Assembly (NCBI GenBank): GCA_963713735.1 | Contig: CAVQND010000024.1 | Span: 77,556-141,555 of the forward strand | Direction of reading: 5' to 3' | From: an uncultured bacterium | GTDB taxonomy: Bacteria > Verrucomicrobiota > Verrucomicrobiia > Limisphaerales > UBA8199 | DNA: 64,000 nt | In this document: piece after piece, positions 1 to 9,827 of the stretch | How positions within the stretch are numbered: position 1 is the stretch's first letter | Layout: each line of letters begins with the position of its first letter | Notes under the pieces: generated by a model | What the model was told of the DNA's origin: nothing | What the model saw: the letters and a program-made list of their open reading frames with translations, nothing else | Databases searched by the model: none | Translations under genes and position numbers: made by a program

Positions 1-334
1 GGAGGATCTTCACGATCCTGCTGCCGTTCGCTACAAGGTCTTTGCCGCGAGATTGGCTGAACGTGCAGGGAGCAAGGCGTCTTAGCGCCTCAGGGCGTAA
101 AGTGCCAGCCATCTGGGCACTGACTAAGTAAGAAACCGTCATTCGTTCGGTCTTTTCTCTCGACGTTTTTGCCGCAGTTCTTCAACCGCCGAGAATGGAA
201 ATGGAAGCGGACGGGGTCAGAGGAACTACTGCGCAAAGCAGCGCCATCCTGCTGAATGGCCGGTGAACATAACATCGGGTTGCTCGGTCCGGCCGGCCTA
301 TGGCCACGGCTTGAAGCTCGGCTAATGGGATCGC

Positions 335-2263
335 TTGTCAACCGCGCTGATTTCGGGTAAGGGTGAGGCGTGGCAACGGTGCGATTGGCGTGCGTCCTCC
401 TGGCGTTCTGCTGCGGGCTGGCCTCGACCAGCCTTCCGCAGAGCCTCGCTGGACCGGTTGGACTACAGAGGCCTGCTCAACCGCTGGGGCCACGTGCTGG
501 ACGGCTACGGCTACACCAGCGACCCGCTCGGCCTGCGCACCAACCTCACGCGCAACCTGGGGCTTACGACCAATTCCTTGGGCGTCGGCTATGATTCGAT
601 TGGCCAGTTGGTCTCCTGGTCGGGCAAAGAAACCGGCGGAGCGCTCCGGCAAAACGAGCAGTTTGGCTTCGGCTACGACCGGGCGCACAACCTCAACTCG
701 CGGACCAACGGGGCGCTCATCCAGACCTTCAACACGGATGTGGTGAACCAACTGACCAACATCACCCGAAGCGGCGCCTTGACGGTGAGCGGCGTCACGA
801 CCGTGCCGGCCACCAACGTCACGGTGAACGGCCTGGCGGCGCAGACCTACGGGGACTTCACTTTCGCAAGCCAGAACAACACGCTGACCAACGGGCAGAA
901 CAGCTTCACCATCGTGGCCCGGAACACCTACGGCCTGGGCACGACGAACTTCGTCAGCGTGAACCTGCCATCCAGCGTGGCCTTGCAGTATGACTTGAAC
1001 GGCAACCTGACCAACGACGGGACGCGCTCGTTTGCTTATGACGCGGAGGACCGCCTGGCGACCAACTGGGTGGCCGGGGCCTGGAAGAGCGAGTTTGTCT
1101 ATGACGGCCTGGGCCGGCGGCGAATCGAGCGGGATTATTCCTGGAACGCCGGCACATGGCAGCTCACCAACGAAACCCATTGCATCTATGACGGCTGGCT
1201 GGTCGTCCAGGAGCGGAACAGCAACAACGTCGTCCAGGTGACCTACACGCGGGGCCTGGACCTCTCGGGCACGCTCCAGTACGCGGGCGGCATCGGCGGT
1301 TTGCTGGCGCGAACGGACACGAGCGGCTCGGCCTACTACCACTCGGACGGCGCGGGAAATGTCACGGGGCTCATCGACGCCAACGAGAACATGGCGGCGC
1401 GTTATCTCTACGGCCCTTTTGGCAAACTCACCGCCCAGTGGGGACCGTTGGCCGGTGCGAATGCGATGCAGTTTTCGTCGATGCCCCGACACGCCAACTC
1501 GGGGATGAGTCTCTACGCCTTTCGAGGCTATGATCCAACGCTCCAGCGGTGGATCCAGCGCGACCCGATCGGGGAGTTGGGCGGGCTCAACCTCTACGGG
1601 TTCGTTGGGAACAACCCACTGGGCTACGTTGATCCTTTCGGGCTGGGCTGGTCCGACTACAAATCGTACAACCCGATCTCGTGGTATTGGCCGGGTTACA
1701 ACGGCCCGACCTCCTCTCCACCCCTGCCGATACCGCAACCGGGCGGGCTGACGGCGGGGTCGCTGGTTGACTGGAACCCGGACTGGCTGGGAGGGCAGCG
1801 CCCCGGCGACTTCCTGGTCAACAGCGTTCTCAGACCAGCGGCGGAGAATGCCGTGCTGACCATGTCGATGTTCCCGTTTGGCGCAGAAGAAGGAGCCTAC
1901 GCCGCGGCCGACGAGGCATTACAAGCGGCCCGTGCGGCGAGGGCCGGGACCAAGTGCTTTAAATCCTTTGACGCGTTGAAGCAGGCCTATCCGAACAGCC
2001 CAGGTCAAGTGTGGCACCACATCGTGGAACAGTCTCAGATTCCCCGTTTCGGTGCAGAGGCAATCCAGAACATCGAGAACGTTGTGGGGGTTTCGCCCGA
2101 GGTCAACCAGAGCCTCAACGCACTTTATTCTTCAATTAATCCAGAGATTACGCACTCCGTCACACAAACTGTGAGGCAGTGGCTCAGCACCCAATCCTCT
2201 GACCAGGCTAGAGCGTTTGGCTTGCAGGCTATTCAAAATGTGAAAAATGGGGTGTGGCGGTGA
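335..2263 (+). CDS. RHS/YD-repeat polymorphic toxin (copy 1) with a C-terminal WHH-type HNH-fold nuclease-like tip. An N-terminal frameshift separates the signal peptide (frame of 370..) from the body.
   Basis: YD repeats (FAYDAEDRL, FVYDGLGRR). RHS core ending YDPTLQRWIQRDPIGELGGLNLYGFVGNNPLGYVDPFGL. Tip contains WHHIVEQ. The signal peptide MATVRLACVLLAFCCGLAS is read in a different frame (ORF 370..594). An Ig-like segment precedes the repeats. Confidence 0.7.
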   Translation: MSTALISGKGEAWQRCDWRASSWRSAAGWPRPAFRRASLDRLDYRGLLNRWGHVLDGYGYTSDPLGLRTNLTRNLGLTTNSLGVGYDSIGQLVSWSGKETGGALRQNEQFGFGYDRAHNLNSRTNGALIQTFNTDVVNQLTNITRSGALTVSGVTTVPATNVTVNGLAAQTYGDFTFASQNNTLTNGQNSFTIVARNTYGLGTTNFVSVNLPSSVALQYDLNGNLTNDGTRSFAYDAEDRLATNWVAGAWKSEFVYDGLGRRRIERDYSWNAGTWQLTNETHCIYDGWLVVQERNSNNVVQVTYTRGLDLSGTLQYAGGIGGLLARTDTSGSAYYHSDGAGNVTGLIDANENMAARYLYGPFGKLTAQWGPLAGANAMQFSSMPRHANSGMSLYAFRGYDPTLQRWIQRDPIGELGGLNLYGFVGNNPLGYVDPFGLGWSDYKSYNPISWYWPGYNGPTSSPPLPIPQPGGLTAGSLVDWNPDWLGGQRPGDFLVNSVLRPAAENAVLTMSMFPFGAEEGAYAAADEALQAARAARAGTKCFKSFDALKQAYPNSPGQVWHHIVEQSQIPRFGAEAIQNIENVVGVSPEVNQSLNALYSSINPEITHSVTQTVRQWLSTQSSDQARAFGLQAIQNVKNGVWR

Positions 2264-2718
2264 TTAGGCGAAGAATTAGACTTGATGTGCTCAAGGAAAG
2301 GCCATTCGAGCTGTGGAACGCGTTTGTAGACCTTGTGGCGAAGGAGAAATACGCCGATTTGGACGAGGTGCAGCGCGTGGCCCACCTTTCTTTTTGGTAT
2401 GAGTCCGAAGTCCAAAACGGTGGCCATCTTCAGTATTTCGAGAACAGGGGAACCGCCCTGCTGGATGAGACCCTGGCGGCACTCCGTGCGCTCGGCGCGG
2501 ACTGCCAGCGTGGAGTTCTTGAGCAAGCCGGGCATTTCTTCCTTTCCGGATCCCGAGCGAGCATTGTGACGACCCAGCAGTACGTGGCGGCCGCTCTGGC
2601 TGGCGAGTTCGACGCCCTCGACTCGGCGTACAATGCCTGCGAGCCATCCATCCATTGGTTGCTGGAGCGCTATTTGAAGCGGTACAGAGAACACTTCATC
2701 GAAATTGCCGACGAGTGA
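2254..2718 (+). CDS. Cognate immunity protein, DMP19/DUF4375-like
   Basis: Overlaps the toxin stop by 10 nt, which suggests translational coupling. Motif SFWYESEVQNGGHLQYFEN resembles the DUF4375/DMP19 family, recalled from memory. Confidence 0.45.
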   Translation: MAVIRRRIRLDVLKERPFELWNAFVDLVAKEKYADLDEVQRVAHLSFWYESEVQNGGHLQYFENRGTALLDETLAALRALGADCQRGVLEQAGHFFLSGSRASIVTTQQYVAAALAGEFDALDSAYNACEPSIHWLLERYLKRYREHFIEIADE

Positions 2719-2726
2719 ATACGGAA

Positions 2727-3512
2727 ATGCAGCGGAAAATGGGGCCGCACCTCAACATTCAGCAGTTGACGCTAAAGAGAGCTTGTTTCCGGAAACGCGG
2801 GACCCGAGTGAGAGCTTCCTCCCGGAAAAAGCACAGCACGACTGCATCCGAGTTGACGAGTCAATTACAACAGCACCCGCCGTATCAGGCTCGGATGCAG
2901 CAGGCCCAGGCGAGCCGCCAGGAATCTAGTCGAAGGCACAGGGTTGCTGCTGCGCCCGTCATTAAAGACCTCGAGAGGGCGGGCTTCCCCGTAGACTCCC
3001 TGGATCAGCTTCGGCGAACTGGAAGCCCTTACGAAGCGGCGGTCCCCGTGCTACTGAAGTGGCTTCCCTTGGTCGCTGACATGGACGTCAAAGATTCTAT
3101 CGTTCGGGCGCTCTCAGTCCCGTGGGCCAGACCAACGGCGGCGCTTCCGCTCATTGCTGAGTTCCGAGATGCGTCTGGGCCGGCGTCGGGCCTCAAATGG
3201 ACAATTGGAAACGCGTTGGCGGTCGTTGCCGACGACAGCGTATTCGAGGAAATCTCGGAGATGGCGCGTGAGAAGCGGCATGGCAAGGCTCGTGAAATGT
3301 TGGCCGTGGCATTAGCGAACATGAAGGACCCACGAGCGGTAGAGCTGCTTATCGAGTTGCTGGGCGATGACGAGGTTGCTGGTCATGCCTTGATCGCGCT
3401 TGCCAAGTTGAGAGCTCGGAAAGCTCGGCGCCACGTTCAACGTCTGCTCAGCCATTCCAAAGTCTGGGTCCGTAGGGAGGCCAAAAAAACGCTGGCAAAG
3501 CTCCAGCCATGA
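2727..3512 (+). CDS. HEAT/PBS-lyase-like repeat protein. Possibly an additional immunity or orphan module.
   Basis: Repeated alpha-helical motifs (VRALSVPWARP, VWVRREAKKTLAKL). The ORF 2655.. overlaps the immunity gene, so the start was taken at the internal Met. Confidence 0.45.
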   Translation: MQRKMGPHLNIQQLTLKRACFRKRGTRVRASSRKKHSTTASELTSQLQQHPPYQARMQQAQASRQESSRRHRVAAAPVIKDLERAGFPVDSLDQLRRTGSPYEAAVPVLLKWLPLVADMDVKDSIVRALSVPWARPTAALPLIAEFRDASGPASGLKWTIGNALAVVADDSVFEEISEMAREKRHGKAREMLAVALANMKDPRAVELLIELLGDDEVAGHALIALAKLRARKARRHVQRLLSHSKVWVRREAKKTLAKLQP

Positions 3513-3661
3513 TCCGCTCTGGGGTTGGTGTTGGAGTAGGTCGGGTGGTAGGAACGCTATATTCTGTCGAAATCCCTGGCCGATTGGGACCGGCGACGTG
3601 CTTTGAAACGGAGCGTATCGCATTGCTTGTCAACCGCGCTGATTTGGGATAGGGATAGGGC

Positions 3662-5546
3662 GTGCCGATGAAGCGAATGGCGTGCCTGCTCATGGTGTTC
3701 TGCGGCTGCTTGGCCTCGGCCAGCCTGGCGCGGAGCTCGCTGGACCGGTTGGACTACACCGGCCTGCTCGACCGCTGGGGCCACGTGCTGGACGGCTACG
3801 GCTACACCGGCGACCCGCTCGGCCTGCGCACCAACCTCACGCGCAACCTGGGGCTTACGACCAATTCCTTGGGCGTCGGCTATGATTCGATTGGCCAGTT
3901 GGTCTCCTGGTCGGGCAAAGAAACCGGCGGGGCGCTCCGGCAAAACGAGCAGTTTGGCTTCGGCTACGACCGGGCGCACAACCTCAACTCGCGGACCAAC
4001 GGGGCGCTCATCCAGACCTTCAACACGGATGTGGTGAACCAACTGACCAACATCACCCGAAGCGGCGCCTTGACGGTGAGCGGCGTCACGACCGTGCCGG
4101 CCACCAACGTCACGGTGAACGGCCAGGCGGCGCAGACCTACGGGGACTTCACCTTCGCAAGCCAGAACAACACGCTGACCAACGGGCAGAACGGCTTCAC
4201 CATCGTGGCCCGGAACAGCTACGGCCTCGGCACGACGAACTTCGTCAGCGTGAACCTGCCATCCAGCGTGGCCTTGCAGTATGACTTGAACGGCAACCTG
4301 ACCAACGACGGGACGCGCTCGTTTGCTTATGACGCGGAGGACCGCCTGGTGACCAACTGGGTGGCCGGGGCCTGGAAGAGCGAGTTTGTCTATGACGGCC
4401 TGGGCCGGCGGCGAATCGAGCGGGATTATTCCTGGAACGCCGGCACATGGCAGCTCACCAACGAAACCCATTGCATCTATGACGGCTGGCTGGTCGTCCA
4501 GGAGCGGAACAGCAACAACGTCGTCCAGGTGACCTACACGCGGGGCCTGGACCTCTCGGGCACGCTCCAGGTACGCGGGCGGCATCGGCGGTTTGCTGGC
4601 GCGAACGGACACGAGCGGCTCGGCCTACTACCATTCGGACGGCGCGGGAAATGTCACGGGGCTCATCGACGCCAACGAGAACATGGCGGCGCGTTATCTC
4701 TACGGCCCCTTTGGCAAACTCACCGCCCAATGGGGACCGATGGCCGGCGCGAATGCCATGCAGTTCTCCTCGATCCCCCGCCACGCCAATTCGGGCATGA
4801 GCTTATATCTTTTCCGGGCATACGACCCAGCCTTGCAACGCTGGACTTCAAGGGACCCGATTGGCGAATGGGGCGGGATCAATCTGTACGGTTTCGTTCG
4901 TAACAACCCGCTAAGCTACGTTGATCCTTACGGACTGGACTTCTGGGATTGGTTGGACTATGTGCCAGGATTGGGTCCTTTTGCGCGACGGTGGCAGGGA
5001 AAGCAGGCGCTGCGATCCATGCTGCAGGCCCGCGGCTACGACAGCCTGCAGGAGTTTGAGTTGCAACATGGCAATGGCGCGAACGTCACCAGTGGCGACC
5101 CCGACGCAGTTGCGGCCGCGGCTGATCTGGCCAGTGGATCGACCGAGTTGTATTTGCTAGCGGCTACCAGCCGACTACCCGCTGGAGGCTGTCGAGTTCG
5201 ACCTTATGGCGGCCCCGGCGGGGGACACCATGTCCTAATGAAAAGCGCGTTTCGCGGCACTCCGGGTTATGACGTGAATGCCGCGTTGGCAATACCGAAT
5301 GAGGAATTGGCACGACTTGGTATGAGCCACTCTGTGCTCTCCGGGGCTCAGCAGATCTTGTATCGACAGTTCGAAGAGAGTGGCGCCACGTTAACCTGGG
5401 AGGCGATGCAATTGATCGAGACGGCGGCCTTGGTCAGAGGTGGCATGAATAGCGAGACCGCCGCAGCCACCGTTCGCGAGGCCATCCAAGCCTTGAGAAA
5501 CGCGGGAGTGGCGCAGCCAACAAGAATACCATGGGGAGGTGAGTGA
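3662..5546 (+). CDS. RHS/YD-repeat polymorphic toxin (copy 2) with a different C-terminal tip (GHH-type HNH-like). Frameshifted at about 4570.
   Basis: Signal peptide MKRMACLLMVFCGCLASASLA. The 5' ~1.1 kb is near-identical to copy 1. A single extra g (ccaggtacgc versus ccagtacgc) splits the ORFs 3662..4903 and 4593..5546. Core motif is RAYDPALQRWTSRDPIGEWGGINLYGFVRNNPLSYVDPYGL. Tip contains PYGGPGGGHHVLMKSAF. Confidence 0.65.
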
Positions 5547-5925
5547 TATGCCGACACCGCAGATGGAGGAATTCGCCAAAATCCTTGTCCAGAAAGTAAG
5601 AGATGCTGCAGTCCAGAGCTGCGACAGGAACCTCCGACCCGACGTGCATCACGTCATTGCTGACCGGTGGAGGGAAGCAGCGCACGGCGGCACGCCGGAA
5701 GTCTTTGCTAAAGCTCTAATACCTGATGTTGTGGATGAGACACTGTTCTACCTGCTGCAAGCGATCGATCAGGGGGTTCTGCAGTTGTCATTCACAGATC
5801 AAACCGGGCAGACTATCGACCTCAACGCGGATGGAATGGGCGAGCTATCCGGTTGGTACGCGGGTTGCGGGTGGCGGCAGATGTACGCGAAGGAGCGCTT
5901 TGCCGACAATTTCCCCGACCTGTGA
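5539..5925 (+). CDS. Putative immunity protein for RHS copy 2
   Basis: Overlaps the toxin stop by 8 nt. Small acidic protein with no recognised family. Confidence 0.4.
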   Translation: MSDMPTPQMEEFAKILVQKVRDAAVQSCDRNLRPDVHHVIADRWREAAHGGTPEVFAKALIPDVVDETLFYLLQAIDQGVLQLSFTDQTGQTIDLNADGMGELSGWYAGCGWRQMYAKERFADNFPDL

Positions 5926-6004
5926 AAAGCGCCGGCCTCAATGGATTAGCCAGAAGGGGCATTTGGCACTTTTAGTGAAGGGGTCGTGAAGGGGTTGATC
6001 CGTA

Positions 6005-6292
6005 GCGGGTTCAGAACAAAGTTTTTCCACAATTGTCCACCGACGCGGCAGGCGGAGGCTTGACATTGGCGGCTCTGGCGGACACCCTCGGGGTAGGATT
6101 GTGGCTCGAAAGCTCAGAGTTCGGTATGCTGGAGCGATCTATCACGTGATGAACCGGGGAGATCGGCGGGAGCCGATCTTTAACGATGACCGGGACCGTC
6201 TGTGCATGGGCGCGCCCACGCATGTCGCTGCTCGGCTCCTGCGCCAAAGCAAGAAGCCGGAGAACAGTGAAGAAACTTTGTTCTGACCCCGC
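6005..6292. mobile_element. REP-like inverted-repeat-flanked remnant carrying a RAYT (IS200-like Y1 transposase) N-terminal fragment
   Basis: Left arm gcgggttcagaacaaagttt (6005..6024). Right arm aaactttgttctgaccccgc (6273..6292). The arms are reverse complements apart from one inserted t. Confidence 0.45.
6101..6286 (+). pseudogene. RAYT/IS200-like transposase fragment (first ~33 aa only)
   Basis: MARKLRVRYAGAIYHVMNRGDRREPIFNDDRDR matches the conserved N-terminus of REP-associated tyrosine transposases, which begin MARPLRIEYPGAVYHVTxRGNxRxxIFxDDxDR. The rest of the ORF is unrelated. Confidence 0.5.
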
Positions 6293-6521
6293 TATGATTA
6301 TTCCCAAGAAGCCGATCCCACGCATCGCCGAAGCCAAGCCTGAAGACCAGCCGGTCCTGGGCTATCTCCTGCTCAAAGCCGCCGAGGTCGCCGGCAAACT
6401 GGGACTCGGGCGGTCGGGCTTTCGCCTGGTCTTCAACAACGGACCCGACGCCGGCGAAGCGGTGCCGCACCTCCACTGCCATATCCTGGGAGGCCGCCAG
6501 CTTGGCTGGCCGCCCGGTTGA
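6186..6521 (+). CDS. HIT-family (HinT-like) protein, N-terminally truncated. The homologous part starts at about 6290.
   Basis: C-terminal GFRLVFNNGPDAGEAVPHLHCHILGGRQL carries the histidine triad. The first ~35 aa of the ORF are Arg-rich non-HIT sequence. The canonical N-terminal nucleotide-binding region is absent. Confidence 0.5.
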   Translation: MTGTVCAWARPRMSLLGSCAKARSRRTVKKLCSDPAMIIPKKPIPRIAEAKPEDQPVLGYLLLKAAEVAGKLGLGRSGFRLVFNNGPDAGEAVPHLHCHILGGRQLGWPPG

Positions 6522-6965
6522 GCAGAGCCTGTCCGAAAAGCCCGGCGGACGGGTGACCTGGTCGCGACCTTTGTCGCAACCTTTGTCAAAGTGGTCGTGT
6601 TTCGACAAAGTTGGCGACGAAGGTTGCGACAAAGGACCAGAATCGGAGCTTTTGGGATAGGCTCTAAGCAGCGGCTGGGGGCACAGAAGGGGGCACAAGG
6701 CGCGGGCATACCGCGCACCTCAAGGGCTCCGCCAGTTCGAGGGCTGGTGGGCTATCGCGAAGCGTTTGGAGTGCGCGGAGCTTGCTCCCGCTTTTGTGCG
6801 CCCCGGCCAATTCGATAGCGCCAGCAAGCTGGACGCACTCCATACGCTTCGCGAGTCTGGGCGCCAGCAGCCGACCCAACGCGTCCAGCAGGCTGCGCCC
6901 TCTGACAAGAAAACCGGAATTAATCCTTGCGCGAGCGTTTAACAGAGCGCAACCGATGGGTTCGT

Positions 6966-8498
6966 TCATTGCGGCCGCAGGCGGAGGAGCACGACGCCGT
7001 GGCGGGGCACGGTGGTCTCAAACTGGTCCTGGCACGTATCGAGGTCTTGCTGGCGCCAGAGGTCCCGGACAATCTGCTTGCCGGTGAGGCCGAGGTCGGT
7101 CCATTTGGCGACCACGGTGGCGGGCAGGTCGGTGCGGTTGAACAGGCCGACGGCCTTGCTGCCCTCCTCGAGGTCCCTGGCCCACACTTCGCAGTGGTCC
7201 TTGATGGCCACGCGCCGGCCGGGCCTGCCCAGGGGGTCCTGGTCCACATCAATGACCTCGTCATTGTTCAGCAGATTGGAGGTGAACTCGTCCAGGCGGG
7301 TGATGTCGCCGCTGAAGATGAGGGGGGCGGCCAGCAGGCACCAAAGCGAGACGTGCGAGGTACCTGTTCGTTGGGCGTCAGTGGGGTCGGGGCCGTCCCG
7401 CCTTTCCAGTTGCTCAGGTAGCCCAGGAGCAGGTAATCCGGGTCGTTCCAGCCGCCCGGACCGCCGAAGTTGTGAAGTTGCTGGTTGGCATAGACGTCGA
7501 AGCCGTCGCGGAACAGCGCCGTGGGGATACCATCGAAGGAGCCGCCCAGGTCCCCGGCAGTGCGCCAACTGTGGCCGCCGACTTCCTTGCCCCAGGTCCA
7601 GACCTGGCCCATGCCGTATTGGCAGAGGTTGAGGACCACGTCACGCGGCTGCCGGCGCACGATATCGCCCATCAGCCGATAGGGTTTCTGCAGCTCGGGC
7701 AGGCTGTTGTCTTTGGCTTTGCCGCCGTATGAACACCAGTCGTATTTGAGGAAGTCAAATCCCCACTCGACGAACCGCTCGACATCGAGTTGTTCGTGCT
7801 CGAAGGCGCCCACGTGCCCGCCGCAGGTGAGCGGACCGGGCGAGGTGTAGATGCCGGCCTTGAGGCCCTTGGAATGGATGTAATCGGTGAGGGCCTTCAT
7901 ATCGGGAAAGCGGCGGTTGGAGTTGACTTTGCCCTGGGCATCGCGCGGTTGGCCTCCCAGGCTTGGGTCGTCCGCTCCCGGTTTCACCGCCCAGCAATCG
8001 TCAATGTTCACGTACTGGTAGCCATGATTGATCATGCCGCTGGCGACCATCGCATCAGCCGCCTCGCGCATGATCCGGTCGGTCACGCGGCTTTCCCAAA
8101 CATACCAACTGTTCCACCCCATGTGCGGCGTCAGGGCCAGCGTGTCGCCGCACACGATTTTGAACTTGCGCGACGCCGTGCCCAGGGGGTTTGCGGCGCG
8201 CAAGCCAACCGTGTACTGGCCGGGGTTGTCGAGCCGTCCGGTGATTTGGCCGTTGGTGGCGTTGACGGTCAATCCGGCGGGCAGGTCGTCGAACGCCGAA
8301 GGTCATCGGCCGCGCCCCGGTGGCCGGGATGGTGAACAGGAAGGGATGTCCCGGCCGAACGCCGAAGATGCGGGCGCCGTTGATGCGGGGCGTGGGGGGA
8401 GATTTGGGGGTCAGAATGACCGCCTCTTGGCCCGGTGCCGGGGAGACGGATGCGGCAAACGCCAGGAATGCCGCCAGGAGGAGTGTCTTTAGTTTCAT
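6966..8498 (-). CDS. Secreted GH27 alpha-galactosidase. Two frameshifts at about 8275-8300 and about 7375.
   Basis: Motifs HMGWNSW, YVNIDDCW, LKYDWC and C-terminal NDEVIDVDQDPLG. Signal peptide MKLKTLLLAAFLAFAASVSPA. The gene is split across ORFs 8055..8498, 7268..8272 and 6966..7568. Confidence 0.75.
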
Positions 8499-8860
8499 AT
8501 CGTTGGGCTAGTGACGCCTGGAGGCGTATTGTCCACGCGCCGGGAGCGAAGTCAAATAGGGAATAATCGCCGGGTCCGGTTAAAACTGTCGGTCGGCTCA
8601 CGGCGACTCTCTGCCCCGAAGGGGCTTCTGAGAATAGCCCGGCGTTTCAACGCCGGGTGAGCGAACCGAAAGAGTAGTTCCGTCCCGCAGGGACGGCTGA
8701 GAGCAAAGAGTATTCTCGGTCGTCCCTTCGGGACGAGAGTCCCTTTTCTGCCCTCCCCGGCATTCAAACGCCGGGCTATTGTCAGATGTCCCTCCGGGAC
8801 AAAACCTCCGGCACTTCCAGTGATCTCGACCTTTCTACCCGAGAGGAGTTGACCGCCGTG

Positions 8861-9628
8861 TTAATGCCAGGTTTCGGGGTGAGGCTGGTGGTCGTTATTC
8901 CAGCGCAAGCGGGGGCTAAAGGCCGCTTTCATCCAGTTGGTTTGCTTTCCGAATTCGATGTGCGCGTCGCAGAACATGACGTTGCCGCCTCTGCTATGGC
9001 GGGCAGCGATGTAATCATAGGGATCGTCGAGGGAGCCGGTAATGTCTCCGTCATTTTGCACCAGTCCGTGAGCAATCTCGGGCAAATCGCCGATGGCGAT
9101 CATATCGGCGGGCGCCAGCACGCGATTCTCGAGCAGGGGTGGATTTCCGCGGCCGCCGCTCAATCCGAGAATGGGACTTGTCGGGGTGACCTCGACGTTG
9201 TCGCGAGTGCCTAAGGCATTGTAGCCATAGCAGGGATTCCAATCCAACAGGTTGGTCCATTGGAGGACAGGCCTCCTGGCGCCACAAGTGAACAGGTCGC
9301 GATTACCCCCGGCAAACAGCAGGAGAGTGCCGTCCCAATTCGTTGAATTCTTCGCGCCCAAGGGCGTGGCGCTTCCCTGCCAGAGCGGGTATTTCTGATA
9401 TTGGACCAGGTAAAGGCTAAGTCCCACCCCGATCTGATGAAGATTGCTCTTGCAGGCGACGCACAGGGCTGCGGCCTTGGCCCGGCCGAGCACGGGCAGC
9501 AGCAGGGCCGCCAGGATTGCAATGATCGCAATAACCACCAACAGCTCGATTAAAGTGAACCCGGCGCGGTCCGACCGCCTTTGCTCACCGGTCTGGGGCA
9601 CGGGTGGAACGTGGGATGGCGAGTTCAT
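8861..9628 (-). CDS. Prepilin-type N-terminal cleavage/methylation domain protein with a DUF1559 (H-X9-DG-like) domain
   Basis: [24 protein letters not shown]-terminal [13 protein letters not shown]. Confidence 0.75.
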   Translation of the reverse strand: MNSPSHVPPVPQTGEQRRSDRAGFTLIELLVVIAIIAILAALLLPVLGRAKAAALCVACKSNLHQIGVGLSLYLVQYQKYPLWQGSATPLGAKNSTNWDGTLLLFAGGNRDLFTCGARRPVLQWTNLLDWNPCYGYNALGTRDNVEVTPTSPILGLSGGRGNPPLLENRVLAPADMIAIGDLPEIAHGLVQNDGDITGSLDDPYDYIAARHSRGGNVMFCDAHIEFGKQTNWMKAAFSPRLRWNNDHQPHPETWH

Positions 9629-9685
9629 GTCTGTTGTTTTGGTCTGCGGGGATTCAGCTTACATGATCTGTCCGTTCTTGGGAAG

Positions 9686-9705
9686 TGTGCGTTTGAACGC
9701 ACACC
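9686..9705. promoter_or_regulatory. Palindrome GTGTGCGTTTGAACGCACAC (TGTGCG-N6-CGCACA), about 60 bp upstream of the prepilin-like gene
   Basis: Perfect inverted repeat. The same half-sites recur at 34196..34240. Confidence 0.3.
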
Positions 9706-9827
9706 CGACGCCAATGGTCTGCTTGGCCGGGGCGACGGGGCCGCAACCAAACACCTCCACCCTGATCTCCAAGCCACCGATTGCACAGACGGCACAGATG
9801 GGAGTTGTTCTCTACGCGAGCGGTTGC

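Noticed and set aside
338-1738. Long antisense ORFs (338..1738 and 3557..4612 minus, 10018..11583 plus, 26195..27853 plus, 30906..33026 plus, 42284..43375 minus)
   Set aside because: These are high-GC frame artefacts opposite clearly homologous genes (RHS, esterase, P-type ATPase, SPFH, G1PDH). Their translations are Arg/Pro/Gly-rich and low complexity.
3662-5546. Calling the second RHS gene, alpha-galactosidase, transposase and others definitive pseudogenes
   Set aside because: Essential genes in the same window (ligA, atpA, atpB) carry the same kind of single-base frameshifts. Sequencing or assembly indels are the more parsimonious explanation.
6101-6286. Possibility that the 61-aa ORF is the missing HIT N-terminus (weak resemblance RG(D/E)...I(F/V)x(D/E)DD and APTHV)
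   Set aside because: The match to the RAYT/IS200-like N-terminal consensus is far stronger, with near position-by-position agreement over 33 residues. The HIT frame and spacing do not line up with the downstream HIT-homologous segment.
8590-8800. TPP riboswitch, suggested by two CUGAGA boxes
   Set aside because: The pyrophosphate-sensing helix consensus (ACCUGAUCUGGAUAAUGCCAGCG) is absent. Kept only as a generic structured-RNA candidate.
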